Sequence record: MK327937.1
Reading direction: 5' to 3' (one strand)
Source of the DNA: Escherichia phage vB_EcoM_G10400
DNA length: 64,000 bases
The position numbers were made by a program, and so were the translations under genes. The notes beneath the pieces were generated by a model. The model saw nothing but the letters and a program-made list of their open reading frames with translations. It did not search any database and was not told where the DNA came from. This document shows, one piece after another, positions 1 through 11,868 of the stretch. Each line of letters starts with the position of its first letter. Positions within the stretch are counted from its first letter, which is position 1.

Positions 1-1
1 T

Positions 2-256
2 AGTGAAAAAGGCGTGTCTTGGGCGGCTGAAGAAGGTTATCATGACGATTTAGTAATGTCTTTAGTAATTTTTGGATGGTTATCAACACAATCAAAATTT
101 ATTGATTATGCCGACAAAGATGACATGCGATTAGCATCTGAAGTGTTTTCAAAAGAGCTTCAAGATATGGGGGATGAATACGCTCCAGTTATATTTGTTG
201 ATTCGGTTCATTCTGCTGAGTATGTTCCAGTATCTCATGGTATGTCAATGGTATAA
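2..256 (+). CDS. 17: Terminase large subunit, C-terminal fragment (5' end outside window)
   Basis: Frame open from window edge to TAA at 254-256; position immediately upstream of tail sheath gene matches T4 synteny. Confidence 0.7.
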   Translation, partial: SEKGVSWAAEEGYHDDLVMSLVIFGWLSTQSKFIDYADKDDMRLASEVFSKELQDMGDEYAPVIFVDSVHSAEYVPVSHGMSMV

Positions 257-259
257 ATA
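252..259 (+). promoter_or_regulatory. T4-type late promoter motif TATAAATA upstream of gene 18
   Basis: Exact TATAAATA about 30 nt upstream of gene 18 ATG, followed by AAGAGG Shine-Dalgarno. Confidence 0.6.
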
Positions 260-287
260 TATTAAAGCATATTAAAGAGGATTAAAA

Positions 288-2267
288 ATGACTTTATTAT
301 CTCCGGGCATTGAGCTCAAAGAAACTACGGTTCAAAGCACCGTGGTTAATAACTCTACTGGTACAGCAGCTTTGGCCGGTAAATTCCAGTGGGGTCCTGC
401 TTTTCAGATTAAACAGGTTACAAACGAAGTAGATTTAGTTAATACTTTTGGTCAACCTACAGCTGAAACTGCTGACTATTTTATGTCTGCAATGAATTTC
501 TTACAATATGGAAATGATTTGCGAGTTGTGCGCGCTGTCGATAGAGATACCGCTAAAAACTCATCTCCGATTGCTGGTAATATTGAATACACAATTTCTA
601 CCCCAGGTAGTAACTACGCGGTTGGAGATAAAATCACGGTCAAATATGTTTCAGATGATATTGAAACTGAAGGTAAAATTACTGAAGTAGACGCAGATGG
701 AAAAATTAAGAAAATTAATATTCCTACTGCAAAAATTATTGCTAAAGCTAAAGAAGTTGGCGAATACCCAGCATTAGGTTCTAACTGGACTGCAGAAATT
801 TCTTCATCTTCTTCCGGTTTAGCTGCAGTAATAACTCTTGGAAAAATTATTACTGATTCCGGTATTTTATTAGCTGAAATCGAGAGCGCTGAAACTGCTA
901 TGACAGCAGTTGATTTTCAGGCAAATCTTGAAAAATATGGAATTCCAGGAGTAGTAGCTCTCTATCCAGGCGAATTAGGCGATAAAATTGAAATTGAAAT
1001 CGTATCTAAAGCTGACTATGCGAAAGGCGCTTCTGCATTACTCCCAATTTATCCAGGTGGTGGTACTCGCGCATCTACTGCCAAAGCAGTGTTTGGATAT
1101 GGACCACAAACTGATTCACAGTACGCCATTATAGTTCGTCGTAATGATGCTATTGTTCAAAGCGTTGTTCTTTCAACTAAGCGTGGTGAAAAAGATATTT
1201 ACGATAGTAACATCTATATCGATGACTTTTTCGCAAAAGGTGGTTCAGAATATATTTTTGCAACTGCACAAAACTGGCCAGAAGGCTTCTCTGGAATTTT
1301 AACTCTGTCTGGTGGATTATCATCAAATGCTGAAGTAACAGCAGGAGATTTGATGGAAGCTTGGGACTTCTTTGCTGACCGTGAATCTGTTGACGTTCAA
1401 CTGTTTATTGCGGGTTCTTGTGCTGGTGAATCTTTAGAAACAGCATCTACTGTCCAAAAACACGTCGTTTCAATTGGTGATGCTCGCCAGGATTGCTTAG
1501 TATTGTGCTCTCCTCCGCGTGAAACTGTAGTTGGAATTCCTGTAACTCGTGCAGTAGATAATTTAGTTAACTGGAGAACTGCGGCAGGTTCATACACTGA
1601 TAATAACTTTAATATCAGTTCAACCTATGCAGCAATTGATGGTAACTATAAGTATCAGTATGACAAATATAATGATGTGAATCGTTGGGTTCCATTAGCA
1701 GCTGATATTGCTGGTTTATGCGCAAGAACTGATAACGTATCTCAGACTTGGATGTCTCCAGCTGGTTATAATCGTGGCCAAATTTTGAACGTTATTAAAC
1801 TGGCTATTGAAACTCGCCAGGCTCAGCGCGACCGTTTATACCAAGAAGCTATCAACCCGGTAACCGGTACAGGTGGTGATGGTTACGTATTGTATGGTGA
1901 TAAAACAGCTACTTCTGTTCCTTCTCCATTTGATCGTATTAACGTTCGTCGTCTGTTTAATATGTTGAAAACGAATATCGGACGTAGTTCAAAATATCGT
2001 TTGTTCGAATTAAACAACGCGTTTACTCGTTCATCATTCCGCACAGAAACTGCCCAGTACTTGCAGGGAATTAAAGCTCTCGGTGGAATTTATGAATATC
2101 GTGTAGTTTGCGATACAACAAATAATACTCCGTCAGTAATTGATAGAAATGAGTTTGTTGCAACATTCTACATCCAACCGGCTCGTAGTATAAATTATAT
2201 CCAACTTAATTTCGTCGCAACTGCTACTGGTGCAGATTTTGATGAGTTAACTGGTCTTGCAGGTTAA
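288..2267 (+). CDS. 18: Tail sheath protein
   Basis: 659-aa ORF, length and sequence match T4 gp18; SD upstream. Confidence 0.95.
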   Translation: MTLLSPGIELKETTVQSTVVNNSTGTAALAGKFQWGPAFQIKQVTNEVDLVNTFGQPTAETADYFMSAMNFLQYGNDLRVVRAVDRDTAKNSSPIAGNIEYTISTPGSNYAVGDKITVKYVSDDIETEGKITEVDADGKIKKINIPTAKIIAKAKEVGEYPALGSNWTAEISSSSSGLAAVITLGKIITDSGILLAEIESAETAMTAVDFQANLEKYGIPGVVALYPGELGDKIEIEIVSKADYAKGASALLPIYPGGGTRASTAKAVFGYGPQTDSQYAIIVRRNDAIVQSVVLSTKRGEKDIYDSNIYIDDFFAKGGSEYIFATAQNWPEGFSGILTLSGGLSSNAEVTAGDLMEAWDFFADRESVDVQLFIAGSCAGESLETASTVQKHVVSIGDARQDCLVLCSPPRETVVGIPVTRAVDNLVNWRTAAGSYTDNNFNISSTYAAIDGNYKYQYDKYNDVNRWVPLAADIAGLCARTDNVSQTWMSPAGYNRGQILNVIKLAIETRQAQRDRLYQEAINPVTGTGGDGYVLYGDKTATSVPSPFDRINVRRLFNMLKTNIGRSSKYRLFELNNAFTRSSFRTETAQYLQGIKALGGIYEYRVVCDTTNNTPSVIDRNEFVATFYIQPARSINYIQLNFVATATGADFDELTGLAG

Positions 2268-2275
2268 TTGATTAT

Positions 2276-2289
2276 GGGGCTTCGGCCCC
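2276..2289 (+). terminator. Hairpin GGGGC-UUCG-GCCCC immediately after gene 18 stop
   Basis: Perfect 5-bp GC stem with UUCG tetraloop 9 nt after TAA; weak U-tract, so may be an attenuating or stability hairpin. Confidence 0.45.
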
Positions 2290-2306
2290 TATTCTCGAGG
2301 AAACAA

Positions 2307-2912
2307 GTGATTATTTCTAAGTTTGTTACAATAAAACCAAGAAATCATTCAAAAATGTGGTCGACAATTCTGGGATATAAAGTATCATATCATGATACAG
2401 TATCTGTTCCAATAGAATTAATGCCAAAGAATAGTAATAAAATAGTTGACGCTAAATGTGATTTGTGTGGTACTAAATTTAGTAGAAGCATTCAACTTTT
2501 AAATAGAACACCCACACATGCATGTAGAAAATGTAGCATTAAACAAGTTGCTATTAAAAATTCGGAAGTTCAATCTGGAATAAGCAGACCATGGCAAAGA
2601 GGCGATAAACATCCTCGATGGACTGGTAAAAGAAAAGAGTTTGCATTATATGCTAGTAGAGTTCATTCTATAACTAAGTCAGCTAAAATAAGAAAAATTT
2701 GGTCAAAATGGCCGAATGCTGATAAAATAGGAGTGTGTGGAGTAGAAGGTGCTTACCAACTCGATCATAAAGTATCTATCAAATATGGATTTGATAATTT
2801 AATTCCGCCGGAAATTATAGCAAGCGTAAAAAATTTAGAAATAATCACTTGGGAATCTAACCGAGAAAAGTCAAAAAGAAATAGCGTAGATCTTTGGGAT
2901 TTACTAGAATGA
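2307..2912 (+). CDS. HNH-family endonuclease-like protein (free-standing homing endonuclease candidate)
   Basis: Track ORF 2268-2912; likely start GTG 2307 (GAGGAAA SD 2297-2303) or ATG 2355. Two CxxC pairs (CDLCG..CRKC) and a DH..N..N motif (QLDHKVS...FDN...WESNREK) typical of HNH nucleases. Confidence 0.6.
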   Translation: MIISKFVTIKPRNHSKMWSTILGYKVSYHDTVSVPIELMPKNSNKIVDAKCDLCGTKFSRSIQLLNRTPTHACRKCSIKQVAIKNSEVQSGISRPWQRGDKHPRWTGKRKEFALYASRVHSITKSAKIRKIWSKWPNADKIGVCGVEGAYQLDHKVSIKYGFDNLIPPEIIASVKNLEIITWESNREKSKRNSVDLWDLLE

Positions 2913-2919
2913 TTCTAAA

Positions 2920-2937
2920 GGCCTGTTTCGACAGGCC
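2920..2937 (+). terminator. Hairpin GGCCUGU-UUCG-ACAGGCC after the HNH ORF
   Basis: 7-bp stem, UUCG loop, 8 nt after TGA stop. Confidence 0.45.
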
Positions 2938-2938
2938 A

Positions 2939-3005
2939 TATAAATACACTATATCCTTAATTCTTTAATTCTATATGCCCTAGGTTAAACATAGGGATAT
3001 AAATA
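2939..3005 (+). promoter_or_regulatory. Two late promoter motifs (TATAAATA at 2939-2946 and 2998-3005) upstream of gene 19
   Basis: Exact TATAAATA octamers; second is 15 nt upstream of the gene 19 ATG. Confidence 0.55.
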
Positions 3006-3019
3006 CTACAGAGGCTAAT

Positions 3020-3511
3020 ATGTTTGTAGATGATGTAACACGAGCGTTTGAATCTGGTGATTTTGCTCGACCTAACTTATTCCAAGTAGAAATTTCTTAT
3101 CTTGGACAAAATTTTACGTTCCAATGTAAAGCCACTGCTTTACCAGCTGGTATTGTAGAAAAAATTCCAGTCGGATTTATGAACCGTAAAATTAACGTAG
3201 CAGGCGATCGTACATTCGATGACTGGACTGTTACAGTAATGAACGATGAAGCTCATGATGCTCGCCAGAAGTTCGTTGATTGGCAAAGCATTGCTGCTGG
3301 TCAAGGAAACGAAATTACTGGTGGAAAACCTGCAGAGTATAAAAAGAGCGCTATTGTTCGTCAATATGCTCGTGATGCTAAAACAGTAACAAAAGAAATT
3401 GAAATTAAAGGTCTGTGGCCTACTAACGTGGGTGAACTTCAATTAGATTGGGATTCAAACAATGAAATCCAAACCTTTGAAGTAACTCTTGCTCTCGATT
3501 ATTGGGAATAA
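3020..3511 (+). CDS. 19: Tail tube protein
   Basis: 163-aa ORF matching T4 gp19 in size, sequence and position; AGAGG SD. Confidence 0.95.
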   Translation: MFVDDVTRAFESGDFARPNLFQVEISYLGQNFTFQCKATALPAGIVEKIPVGFMNRKINVAGDRTFDDWTVTVMNDEAHDARQKFVDWQSIAAGQGNEITGGKPAEYKKSAIVRQYARDAKTVTKEIEIKGLWPTNVGELQLDWDSNNEIQTFEVTLALDYWE

Positions 3512-3518
3512 AATGAAT

Positions 3519-3532
3519 GGGGAGAAATCCCC
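3519..3532 (+). terminator. Hairpin GGGGA-GAAA-UCCCC after gene 19
   Basis: 5-bp stem with GNRA loop 8 nt after stop. Confidence 0.4.
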
Positions 3533-3543
3533 ATCCTGCTTAA

Positions 3544-5168
<1,625 letters not shown>

Positions 5169-5169
<1 letters not shown>

Positions 5170-5408
5170 TGGAAGGTTTAATTGAAGCTATTAAATCAAA
5201 CGACCTCGTAGCCGCTCGTAAATTATTTGCTGAAGCCATGGCTGCAAGAACGACTGATTTAATTAAAGAAGAAAAAATCGCTATCGCTCGTAATTTCTTA
5301 ATCGAAGGTGAAGAACCTGATGACGAGGATGATGACGAAGACGAAGATAGTGATGATAAAGACGACAAAAAAGACAAAGACTCTGACGAAGACGAGGATG
5401 ATGAATAA
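5169..5408 (+). CDS. 67: Prohead core protein (highly acidic C-terminus)
   Basis: 79-aa ORF, TAATG overlap with gene 20 stop, acidic D/E-rich tail, T4 synteny. Confidence 0.85.
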
Positions 5409-5833
5409 TGCTTCTGATCCCTGAAACTCATGAATTAGTTCTCGAGAATGTCGAAGCACTTATTCCTGAAGCACAGGGTCGCTTTGACGAATTGTCTTCT
5501 GCTTTAAATAAAGACGATATAAATACAATTGTCGAGAATATGCTTGATGATGAAACTGATTTAGCGGTTGCATTAGCTTCTATTAATGAAAATATGCCGT
5601 TAAATGAATTTATCGTTAAACATGTTTCTGCCCGTGGTGAAATTACTCGCACTAAAGATCGCAAAACCCGCGAACGTAATGCATTTCAAACTACCGGGTT
5701 GTCTAAAGCAAAACGTAGACAAATTGCTCGTAAAGCTACCAAAACGAAGATTGCCAATCCAGCAGGTCAATCTCGTGCTCAGCGTAAGCGTAAAAAAGCT
5801 CTTAAACGCCGTAAAGCATTAGGATTAAGCTAA
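5408..5833 (+). CDS. 68: Prohead core protein
   Basis: 141-aa ORF with basic C-terminus, T4 synteny between 67 and 21. Confidence 0.85.
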
Positions 5834-6471
5834 TGAATGAACCCCAATTACTAATTGAAACTTGGGGTCAACCTGGCGAAATTATTGATGGCGTACCAAT
5901 GCTTGAATCTCATGATGGAAAAGACTTAGGTTTAAAACCGGGTTTATACATCGAAGGAATATTCATGCAAGCGGAAGTCGTCAATAGAAATAAACGTCTT
6001 TATCCAAAACGTATATTAGAAAAAGCGGTAAAAGACTATATTAATGAGCAAGTTTTAACTAAACAAGCTCTCGGAGAATTAAATCATCCTCCACGCGCTA
6101 ATGTTGACCCGATGCAAGCCGCTATCATTATAGAAGATATGTGGTGGAAAGGAAATGACGTATACGGACGAGCTCGTGTTATTGAAGGTGACCACGGTCC
6201 TGGAGATAAATTAGCAGCTAATATTCGTGCCGGATGGATTCCAGGAGTTTCTTCTCGTGGATTAGGTTCATTGACTGACACAAATAAAGGTTATCGTATC
6301 GTAAACGAAGGATTCAAATTAACTGTAGGTGTTGATGCAGTATGGGGTCCAAGTGCTCCAGATGCATGGGTAACTCCTAAGGAAATTACCGAATCACAGA
6401 CGGCGGAAGCCGATACAAGTGCCGATGACGCCTATATGGCTCTCGCAGAGGCCATGAAAAAAGCGTTATAA
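5833..6471 (+). CDS. 21: Prohead core scaffold protease
   Basis: 212-aa ORF, size and position match T4 gp21. Confidence 0.92.
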   Translation: MNEPQLLIETWGQPGEIIDGVPMLESHDGKDLGLKPGLYIEGIFMQAEVVNRNKRLYPKRILEKAVKDYINEQVLTKQALGELNHPPRANVDPMQAAIIIEDMWWKGNDVYGRARVIEGDHGPGDKLAANIRAGWIPGVSSRGLGSLTDTNKGYRIVNEGFKLTVGVDAVWGPSAPDAWVTPKEITESQTAEADTSADDAYMALAEAMKKAL

Positions 6472-6474
6472 ATA
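6467..6474 (+). promoter_or_regulatory. Late promoter TATAAATA upstream of gene 22
   Basis: Exact octamer overlapping gene 21 stop. Confidence 0.5.
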
Positions 6475-6501
6475 TTATTATCTAAACAACAGGACTACAA
6501 A

Positions 6502-7311
6502 ATGCTTAAAGAACAACTGATTGCCGAAGCGCAGAAAATTGATGCTTCCGTTGCTCTTGATAGTATTTTCGAATCAGTTAATATTTCTCCGGAAGCAAAA
6601 GAAACTTTCGGCACTGTATTCGAAGCTACCGTCAAGCAGCACGCCGTTAAATTAGCTGAATCTCATATCGCTAAAATTGCTGAAAAAGCAGAAGAAGAAG
6701 TAGAAAAAAATAAAGAAGAAGCAGAAGAAAAAGCTGAGAAGAAAATCGCTGAGCAAGCTTCTAAATTCCTTGACCATCTTGCAAAAGAATGGCTCACTGA
6801 AAATAAATTAGCAGTAGATAAAGGTATCAAAGCCGAACTGTTTGAATCCATGCTTGGTGGATTGAAAGAGCTCTTCGTTGAACACAACGTTGTTGTTCCA
6901 GAAGAATCAGTTGATGTTGTAGCTGAAATGGAAGAAGAACTGCAAGAACATAAAGAAGAATCAGCTCGTCTGTTCGAAGAACTCAATAAGCGTGACGCAT
7001 ATATCAATTATGTGCAGCGTGAAGTGGCATTGAGCGAAAGTACTAAAGATCTGACTGAGTCTCAAAAAGAAAAAGTCTCTGCTCTGGTCGAAGGTATGGA
7101 TTATTCAGATGCATTCTCAAGTAAATTGAGTGCAATCGTAGAAATGGTGAAGAAATCTAATAAAGATGAAAGCACTATTACTGAGAGTATAAATACTCCT
7201 GATACTGAAGCAGCCGGACTGAATTTCGTCACTGAAGCTGTAGAAGATAAATCTGCACAAGGTGCAGAAGATATTGTAAGTGTATATGCGAAAGTCGCAT
7301 CTCGTTTCTAA
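6502..7311 (+). CDS. 22: Prohead scaffold core protein
   Basis: 269-aa acidic, coiled-coil-rich ORF, T4 synteny. Confidence 0.92.
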   Translation: MLKEQLIAEAQKIDASVALDSIFESVNISPEAKETFGTVFEATVKQHAVKLAESHIAKIAEKAEEEVEKNKEEAEEKAEKKIAEQASKFLDHLAKEWLTENKLAVDKGIKAELFESMLGGLKELFVEHNVVVPEESVDVVAEMEEELQEHKEESARLFEELNKRDAYINYVQREVALSESTKDLTESQKEKVSALVEGMDYSDAFSSKLSAIVEMVKKSNKDESTITESINTPDTEAAGLNFVTEAVEDKSAQGAEDIVSVYAKVASRF

Positions 7312-7329
7312 TTTTAAAGGTTAACACAA

Positions 7330-8895
7330 ATGACTATCAAAACTAAAGCTGAACTTTTGAACAAATGGAAGCCATTACTGGAAGGTGAAGGTTTACCGGA
7401 AATTGCTAATAGCAAACAAGCGATTATCGCTAAAATCTTTGAAAACCAGGAAAAAGATTTCCAGACAGCTCCGGAATATAAAGACGAAAAAATTGCTCAG
7501 GCATTCGGTTCTTTCTTAACAGAAGCTGAAATCGGTGGTGACCACGGTTACAATGCTACCAACATCGCCGCAGGTCAGACTTCTGGCGCAGTAACTCAGA
7601 TTGGCCCAGCTGTTATGGGTATGGTACGTCGTGCTATTCCTAACCTGATTGCTTTCGATATTTGTGGTGTTCAGCCAATGAACAGCCCGACTGGCCAGGT
7701 ATTCGCGCTGCGCGCAGTATATGGTAAAGATCCAATCGCTTCCGGCGCTAAAGAAGCATTCCACCCAATGTATGGTCCAGATGCAATGTTCTCTGGTCAG
7801 GGTGCTGCTAAGAAATTCGCTGCTTTGAAAGCAAGTGATACTCTTGAAGTCGGAACTATTTACACTCACTTCTTCCAGGAAACTGGTACAGTATATCTGC
7901 AAGCTACAGCAGCTAAACAAATTGATTCAGGCGCATCTGACGCAGACAAATTAGATGCTGAAATTAAGAAACAAATGGAAGCTGGTGTACTGGTAGAAAT
8001 CGCTGAAGGTATGGCTACTTCTATCGCTGAACTTCAGGAAGGTTTCAACGGTTCTACCGATAACCCATGGAATGAAATGGGCTTCCGTATCGATAAACAA
8101 GTTATCGAAGCTAAATCTCGTCAGCTGAAAGCTGCTTACTCTATTGAATTAGCACAAGACCTTCGCGCTGTTCACGGTATGGATGCTGATGCTGAACTGT
8201 CTGGTATTCTGGCTACCGAAATTATGCTGGAAATCAACCGCGAAGTTGTTGATTGGATTAACTACTCCGCTCAGGTTGGTAAATCTGGTATGACCCTGAC
8301 TCCGGGTTCTAAAGCTGGTGTATTTGACTTCCAGGACCCAATCGATATTCGTGGTGCTCGCTGGGCAGGTGAATCCTTTAAAGCTCTGTTGTTCCAGATT
8401 GACAAAGAAGCAGTTGAAATTGCTCGTCAGACTGGTCGCGGCGAAGGTAACTTCATTATCGCTTCCCGTAACGTAGTTAACGTTCTGGCTTCAGTTGATA
8501 CCGGCATTTCTTATGCTGCACAAGGTCTGGCTACTGGCTTTAACACTGATACTACCAAGTCAGTATTTGCTGGTGTTCTGGGTGGTAAATACCGTGTATA
8601 TATCGACCAGTATGCTAAACAGGATTATTTCACCGTAGGTTATAAAGGTCCGAACGAAATGGATGCTGGTATTTACTATGCTCCATATGTAGCTCTGACT
8701 CCGCTGCGTGGTTCTGATCCGAAGAACTTCCAACCGGTAATGGGATTCAAAACTCGTTACGGTATCGGTATCAACCCATTTGCAGAATCCGCTGCTCAGG
8801 CTCCGGCTTCTCGCATCCAGAGCGGTATGCCTTCTATTCTGAATAGCCTTGGTAAAAACGCTTACTTCCGCCGTGTATATGTTAAAGGTATCTAA
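7330..8895 (+). CDS. 23: Major capsid protein
   Basis: 521-aa ORF matching T4 gp23 in size and sequence. Confidence 0.97.
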   Translation: MTIKTKAELLNKWKPLLEGEGLPEIANSKQAIIAKIFENQEKDFQTAPEYKDEKIAQAFGSFLTEAEIGGDHGYNATNIAAGQTSGAVTQIGPAVMGMVRRAIPNLIAFDICGVQPMNSPTGQVFALRAVYGKDPIASGAKEAFHPMYGPDAMFSGQGAAKKFAALKASDTLEVGTIYTHFFQETGTVYLQATAAKQIDSGASDADKLDAEIKKQMEAGVLVEIAEGMATSIAELQEGFNGSTDNPWNEMGFRIDKQVIEAKSRQLKAAYSIELAQDLRAVHGMDADAELSGILATEIMLEINREVVDWINYSAQVGKSGMTLTPGSKAGVFDFQDPIDIRGARWAGESFKALLFQIDKEAVEIARQTGRGEGNFIIASRNVVNVLASVDTGISYAAQGLATGFNTDTTKSVFAGVLGGKYRVYIDQYAKQDYFTVGYKGPNEMDAGIYYAPYVALTPLRGSDPKNFQPVMGFKTRYGIGINPFAESAAQAPASRIQSGMPSILNSLGKNAYFRRVYVKGI

Positions 8896-8910
8896 TCTTT
8901 GACGATTTAA

Positions 8911-8929
8911 GGGACCTTCGGGTCCCTTT
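8911..8929 (+). terminator. Rho-independent terminator after gene 23
   Basis: GGGACC-UUCG-GGUCCC hairpin followed by U-tract, 16 nt after stop. Confidence 0.7.
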
Positions 8930-8943
8930 AGTTGTTTTTATGG

Positions 8944-8951
8944 TATAAATA
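8944..8951 (+). promoter_or_regulatory. Late promoter TATAAATA upstream of gene 24
   Basis: Exact octamer 27 nt upstream of ATG 8979. Confidence 0.55.
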
Positions 8952-8978
8952 AATCATATAAACTGAAAGGAAAGCGCA

Positions 8979-10262
8979 ATGGCTAAAATCAACGAACTTC
9001 TGCGCGAATCAACCACAACGAATAGCAACTCAATCGGTCGCCCAAATCTCGTTGCTTTGACTCGCGCTACCACTAAATTAATATATTCTGACATTGTAGC
9101 AACGCAAAGAACTAATCAACCTGTTGCTGCTTTTTATGGTATCAAATACCTTAACCCGGATAACGAATTTACATTTAAAACTGGTGCTACTTACGCCGGC
9201 GAAGCTGGATATGTAGACCGAGAACAAATCACAGAATTAACAGAAGAGTCTAAATTAACTCTCAATAAGGGCGATTTATTCAAATATAATAATATCGTTT
9301 ATAAAGTATTAGAAGATACACCATTTGCTGATATTGAAGAAAGCGATTTAGAATTAGCTCTTCAGATTGCAATTGTTCTTTTAAAGGTTCGTCTATTTTC
9401 TGACGCAGCGTCAACAAGCAAATTTGAAAGCTCTGATAGTGAAATTGCGGATGCTAGATTCCAGATTAATAAATGGCAAACCGCAGTTAAATCTCGTAAA
9501 CTTAAAACTGGTATCACAGTTGAATTAGCACAAGATTTAGAAGCAAATGGATTCGATGCTCCTAATTTCTTGGAAGATTTGCTTGCAACCGAAATGGCAG
9601 ATGAAATCAATAAAGATATTCTGCAGTCTTTGATTACAGTGTCAAAACGCTATAAAGTTACAGGAATTACTGATACTGGATTCATCGATTTGAGTTATGC
9701 ATCTGCACCTGAAGCTGGTCGTTCATTATACCGAATGGTATGTGAAATGGTTTCACATATCCAGAAAGAATCAACTTATACAGCAACGTTCTGTGTTGCT
9801 TCAGCTCGTGCCGCTGCGATTCTTGCTGCATCAGGTTGGTTAAAACATAAACCAGAAGATGACAAATATCTTTCACAAAATGCCTACGGGTTCTTAGCTA
9901 ATGGTTTACCGCTTTATTGCGATACCAACAGCCCATTAGATTATGTAATCGTTGGCGTAGTAGAAAATATCGGTGAAAAAGAAATTGTTGGATCAATTTT
10001 CTATGCTCCGTATACAGAAGGTCTTGACTTAGATGACCCTGAACATGTAGGTGCATTTAAAGTTGTAGTTGATCCAGAAAGTTTGCAGCCATCTATCGGT
10101 TTATTAGTTAGATATGCTTTATCTGCAAATCCTTACACTGTAGCAAAAGATGAAAAAGAAGCAAGAGTAATTGATGGTGGAGACATGGATAAAATGGCGG
10201 GTCGTTCAGATTTGTCTGTTTTATTAGGTGTTAAGCTACCAAAAATTATCATTGATGAATAA
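8979..10262 (+). CDS. 24: Capsid vertex protein
   Basis: 427-aa ORF, gp23 paralog, T4 synteny. Confidence 0.95.
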   Translation: MAKINELLRESTTTNSNSIGRPNLVALTRATTKLIYSDIVATQRTNQPVAAFYGIKYLNPDNEFTFKTGATYAGEAGYVDREQITELTEESKLTLNKGDLFKYNNIVYKVLEDTPFADIEESDLELALQIAIVLLKVRLFSDAASTSKFESSDSEIADARFQINKWQTAVKSRKLKTGITVELAQDLEANGFDAPNFLEDLLATEMADEINKDILQSLITVSKRYKVTGITDTGFIDLSYASAPEAGRSLYRMVCEMVSHIQKESTYTATFCVASARAAAILAASGWLKHKPEDDKYLSQNAYGFLANGLPLYCDTNSPLDYVIVGVVENIGEKEIVGSIFYAPYTEGLDLDDPEHVGAFKVVVDPESLQPSIGLLVRYALSANPYTVAKDEKEARVIDGGDMDKMAGRSDLSVLLGVKLPKIIIDE

Positions 10263-10268
10263 AACAAA

Positions 10269-10289
10269 GGGACCTTTCGGTCCCTTTTT
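10269..10289. terminator. Bidirectional terminator between convergent genes 24 and rnlB
   Basis: GGGACC-UUUC-GGUCCC hairpin flanked by T5 on plus strand and A/T-rich run on minus strand. Confidence 0.65.
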
Positions 10290-10291
10290 AT

Positions 10292-11296
10292 TTAACTTAC
10301 CAATTCAATCCAAGCCGGACGAAGTACATCTTGTACCATTTTAACTAATTCCTTCTTAATCAAAGAAGGATTATCCGCTTGAGTTAGAGTAATACCTTCA
10401 CGAGAAGTTTCTTCCAAAATATCTTGAACCGTTAGTCCCATCACCTTTCCAAAATCTTTTGGACCAATTTCACCAATTTTAGAAATAACGTTATTTACTC
10501 GGTTCAGTGTAACATAACAAGCTAAAATTCCCAGCAATTTATTATCAGCTTCTGACAACTCAACTTTAGCTTTAATAGGCTTATCAGACTTTTTCTTTTC
10601 ACTAAATTTAGAGTTCTTGCATTTGATGGCTACACGATTGCGATTAGGCAGCCAAGAAGGATAACAAGGTTTCAATACATATCCTTCAGCGGTAAATACT
10701 TCGCCTTTTGCTTCAGCATTCCAAACGCATTTATTTGCATCAACTAATCCAGCATGGTCTACCGTAAAATTATAATCCTGTACGACAGAATCTAAATCAT
10801 TTGGCAATTTAATAAGTTCTTCAAATTTACCACGACCTAAAAGTGGAGCCATTTTAAATTTAAATGTATTACAGAATGATTCCATCATATAATCATCGAC
10901 ATAAATTACATCACCACTTTCTGTAGTAACAATAATGTCAAATACATAAAAATCTTTATCACCATAATCGACATTCTTCTGAATGCCAGGTCCGGCGAAT
11001 TCACCAAAGACTTGATAAGATACAACCGCTGAAGTTTCCATAATATCTTGTACTGCTTTAATGGAATCAGCGTAATTCTTCAAAATAATTTCATACCCAA
11101 AGAAATCTTCAGCAGGAAGAATAGGACCAGTTCGTTTAGCACAAGTTACTTTATCACGCTCAATAATCAATGAGAAATTTGTGCCGTGAATCTTTTCACG
11201 AGCTACCCATTCGCCGCCAGTCAATCCTAAACTGTAAAGTTTTTCAATAAATTTAGAGTTGTAATGATTTTCAAGACTGCTATACTTTTTAAACAT
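10292..11296 (-). CDS. rnlB: RNA ligase 2
   Basis: 334-aa ORF with nucleotidyltransferase KxHGxN motif (KIHGTN); matches T4 Rnl2. Confidence 0.93.
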   Translation of the reverse strand: MFKKYSSLENHYNSKFIEKLYSLGLTGGEWVAREKIHGTNFSLIIERDKVTCAKRTGPILPAEDFFGYEIILKNYADSIKAVQDIMETSAVVSYQVFGEFAGPGIQKNVDYGDKDFYVFDIIVTTESGDVIYVDDYMMESFCNTFKFKMAPLLGRGKFEELIKLPNDLDSVVQDYNFTVDHAGLVDANKCVWNAEAKGEVFTAEGYVLKPCYPSWLPNRNRVAIKCKNSKFSEKKKSDKPIKAKVELSEADNKLLGILACYVTLNRVNNVISKIGEIGPKDFGKVMGLTVQDILEETSREGITLTQADNPSLIKKELVKMVQDVLRPAWIELVS

Positions 11297-11305
11297 AATT
11301 AATCC

Positions 11306-11584
11306 TCAAAATGTAATTTCTAACCAATCACCATCACGCTGATCACTATTGACTTTAAAGCTAAATCCTTCTTTTCTCAGCCAATCACCAATTTCTTCAG
11401 TAATCAATTTATCGCGAGCAGTACAATAATAACTAAAATATGTTTTACCTTGTTCAGCTGCTTTATTAGCAAGTTCCGAAAAATCTTTAATAAAACACTC
11501 TAGCTTAAACTGTTTACTTTTAAGTGCTTTTTCGCGTAATCGATTAGCAAAAGATTCATTTTCATAAAGATCATACTGTTCCAT
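11306..11584 (-). CDS. Hypothetical protein (T4 24.2 position)
   Basis: 92-aa ORF in operon context. Confidence 0.6.
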   Translation of the reverse strand: MEQYDLYENESFANRLREKALKSKQFKLECFIKDFSELANKAAEQGKTYFSYYCTARDKLITEEIGDWLRKEGFSFKVNSDQRDGDWLEITF

Positions 11585-11587
11585 TTT

Positions 11588-11785
11588 TCACCTTTTATTA
11601 ATATGTCTTTTTCTATAGACAACTTTTTCTCGAGTTTCAAATTTATTCTTAGCAGTCATAGCTCGAGCCCATAATACAGCCACTTCTTTCGCCTGTAAGT
11701 TTAATTCACGAGCAATTTCAATGAATGACTTTCCAGACTCATGAAGAGTAAACACCACAACCTCAGTTCTCATAATCAATCTCAT
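11588..11785 (-). CDS. Hypothetical small basic protein (T4 24.3 position)
   Basis: 65-aa ORF tightly packed with neighbours. Confidence 0.55.
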   Translation of the reverse strand: MRLIMRTEVVVFTLHESGKSFIEIARELNLQAKEVAVLWARAMTAKNKFETREKVVYRKRHINKR

Positions 11786-11854
11786 GTTATCGAGTTGATG
11801 CCATTATATACATCATTTTCTGAGTATGTTTTGTGTGCTTTCAAAATGAAGAAA

Positions 11855-11868
11855 GGGGCCGAAGCCCC
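11855..11868 (-). terminator. Hairpin GGGGC-UUCG-GCCCC downstream of hoc
   Basis: Read on minus strand; followed by UUUCUUC. Confidence 0.45.

Noticed and set aside
508-1597. Small ORFs on both strands within gene 18
   Set aside because: Embedded in the 659-aa tail sheath gene; no independent support.
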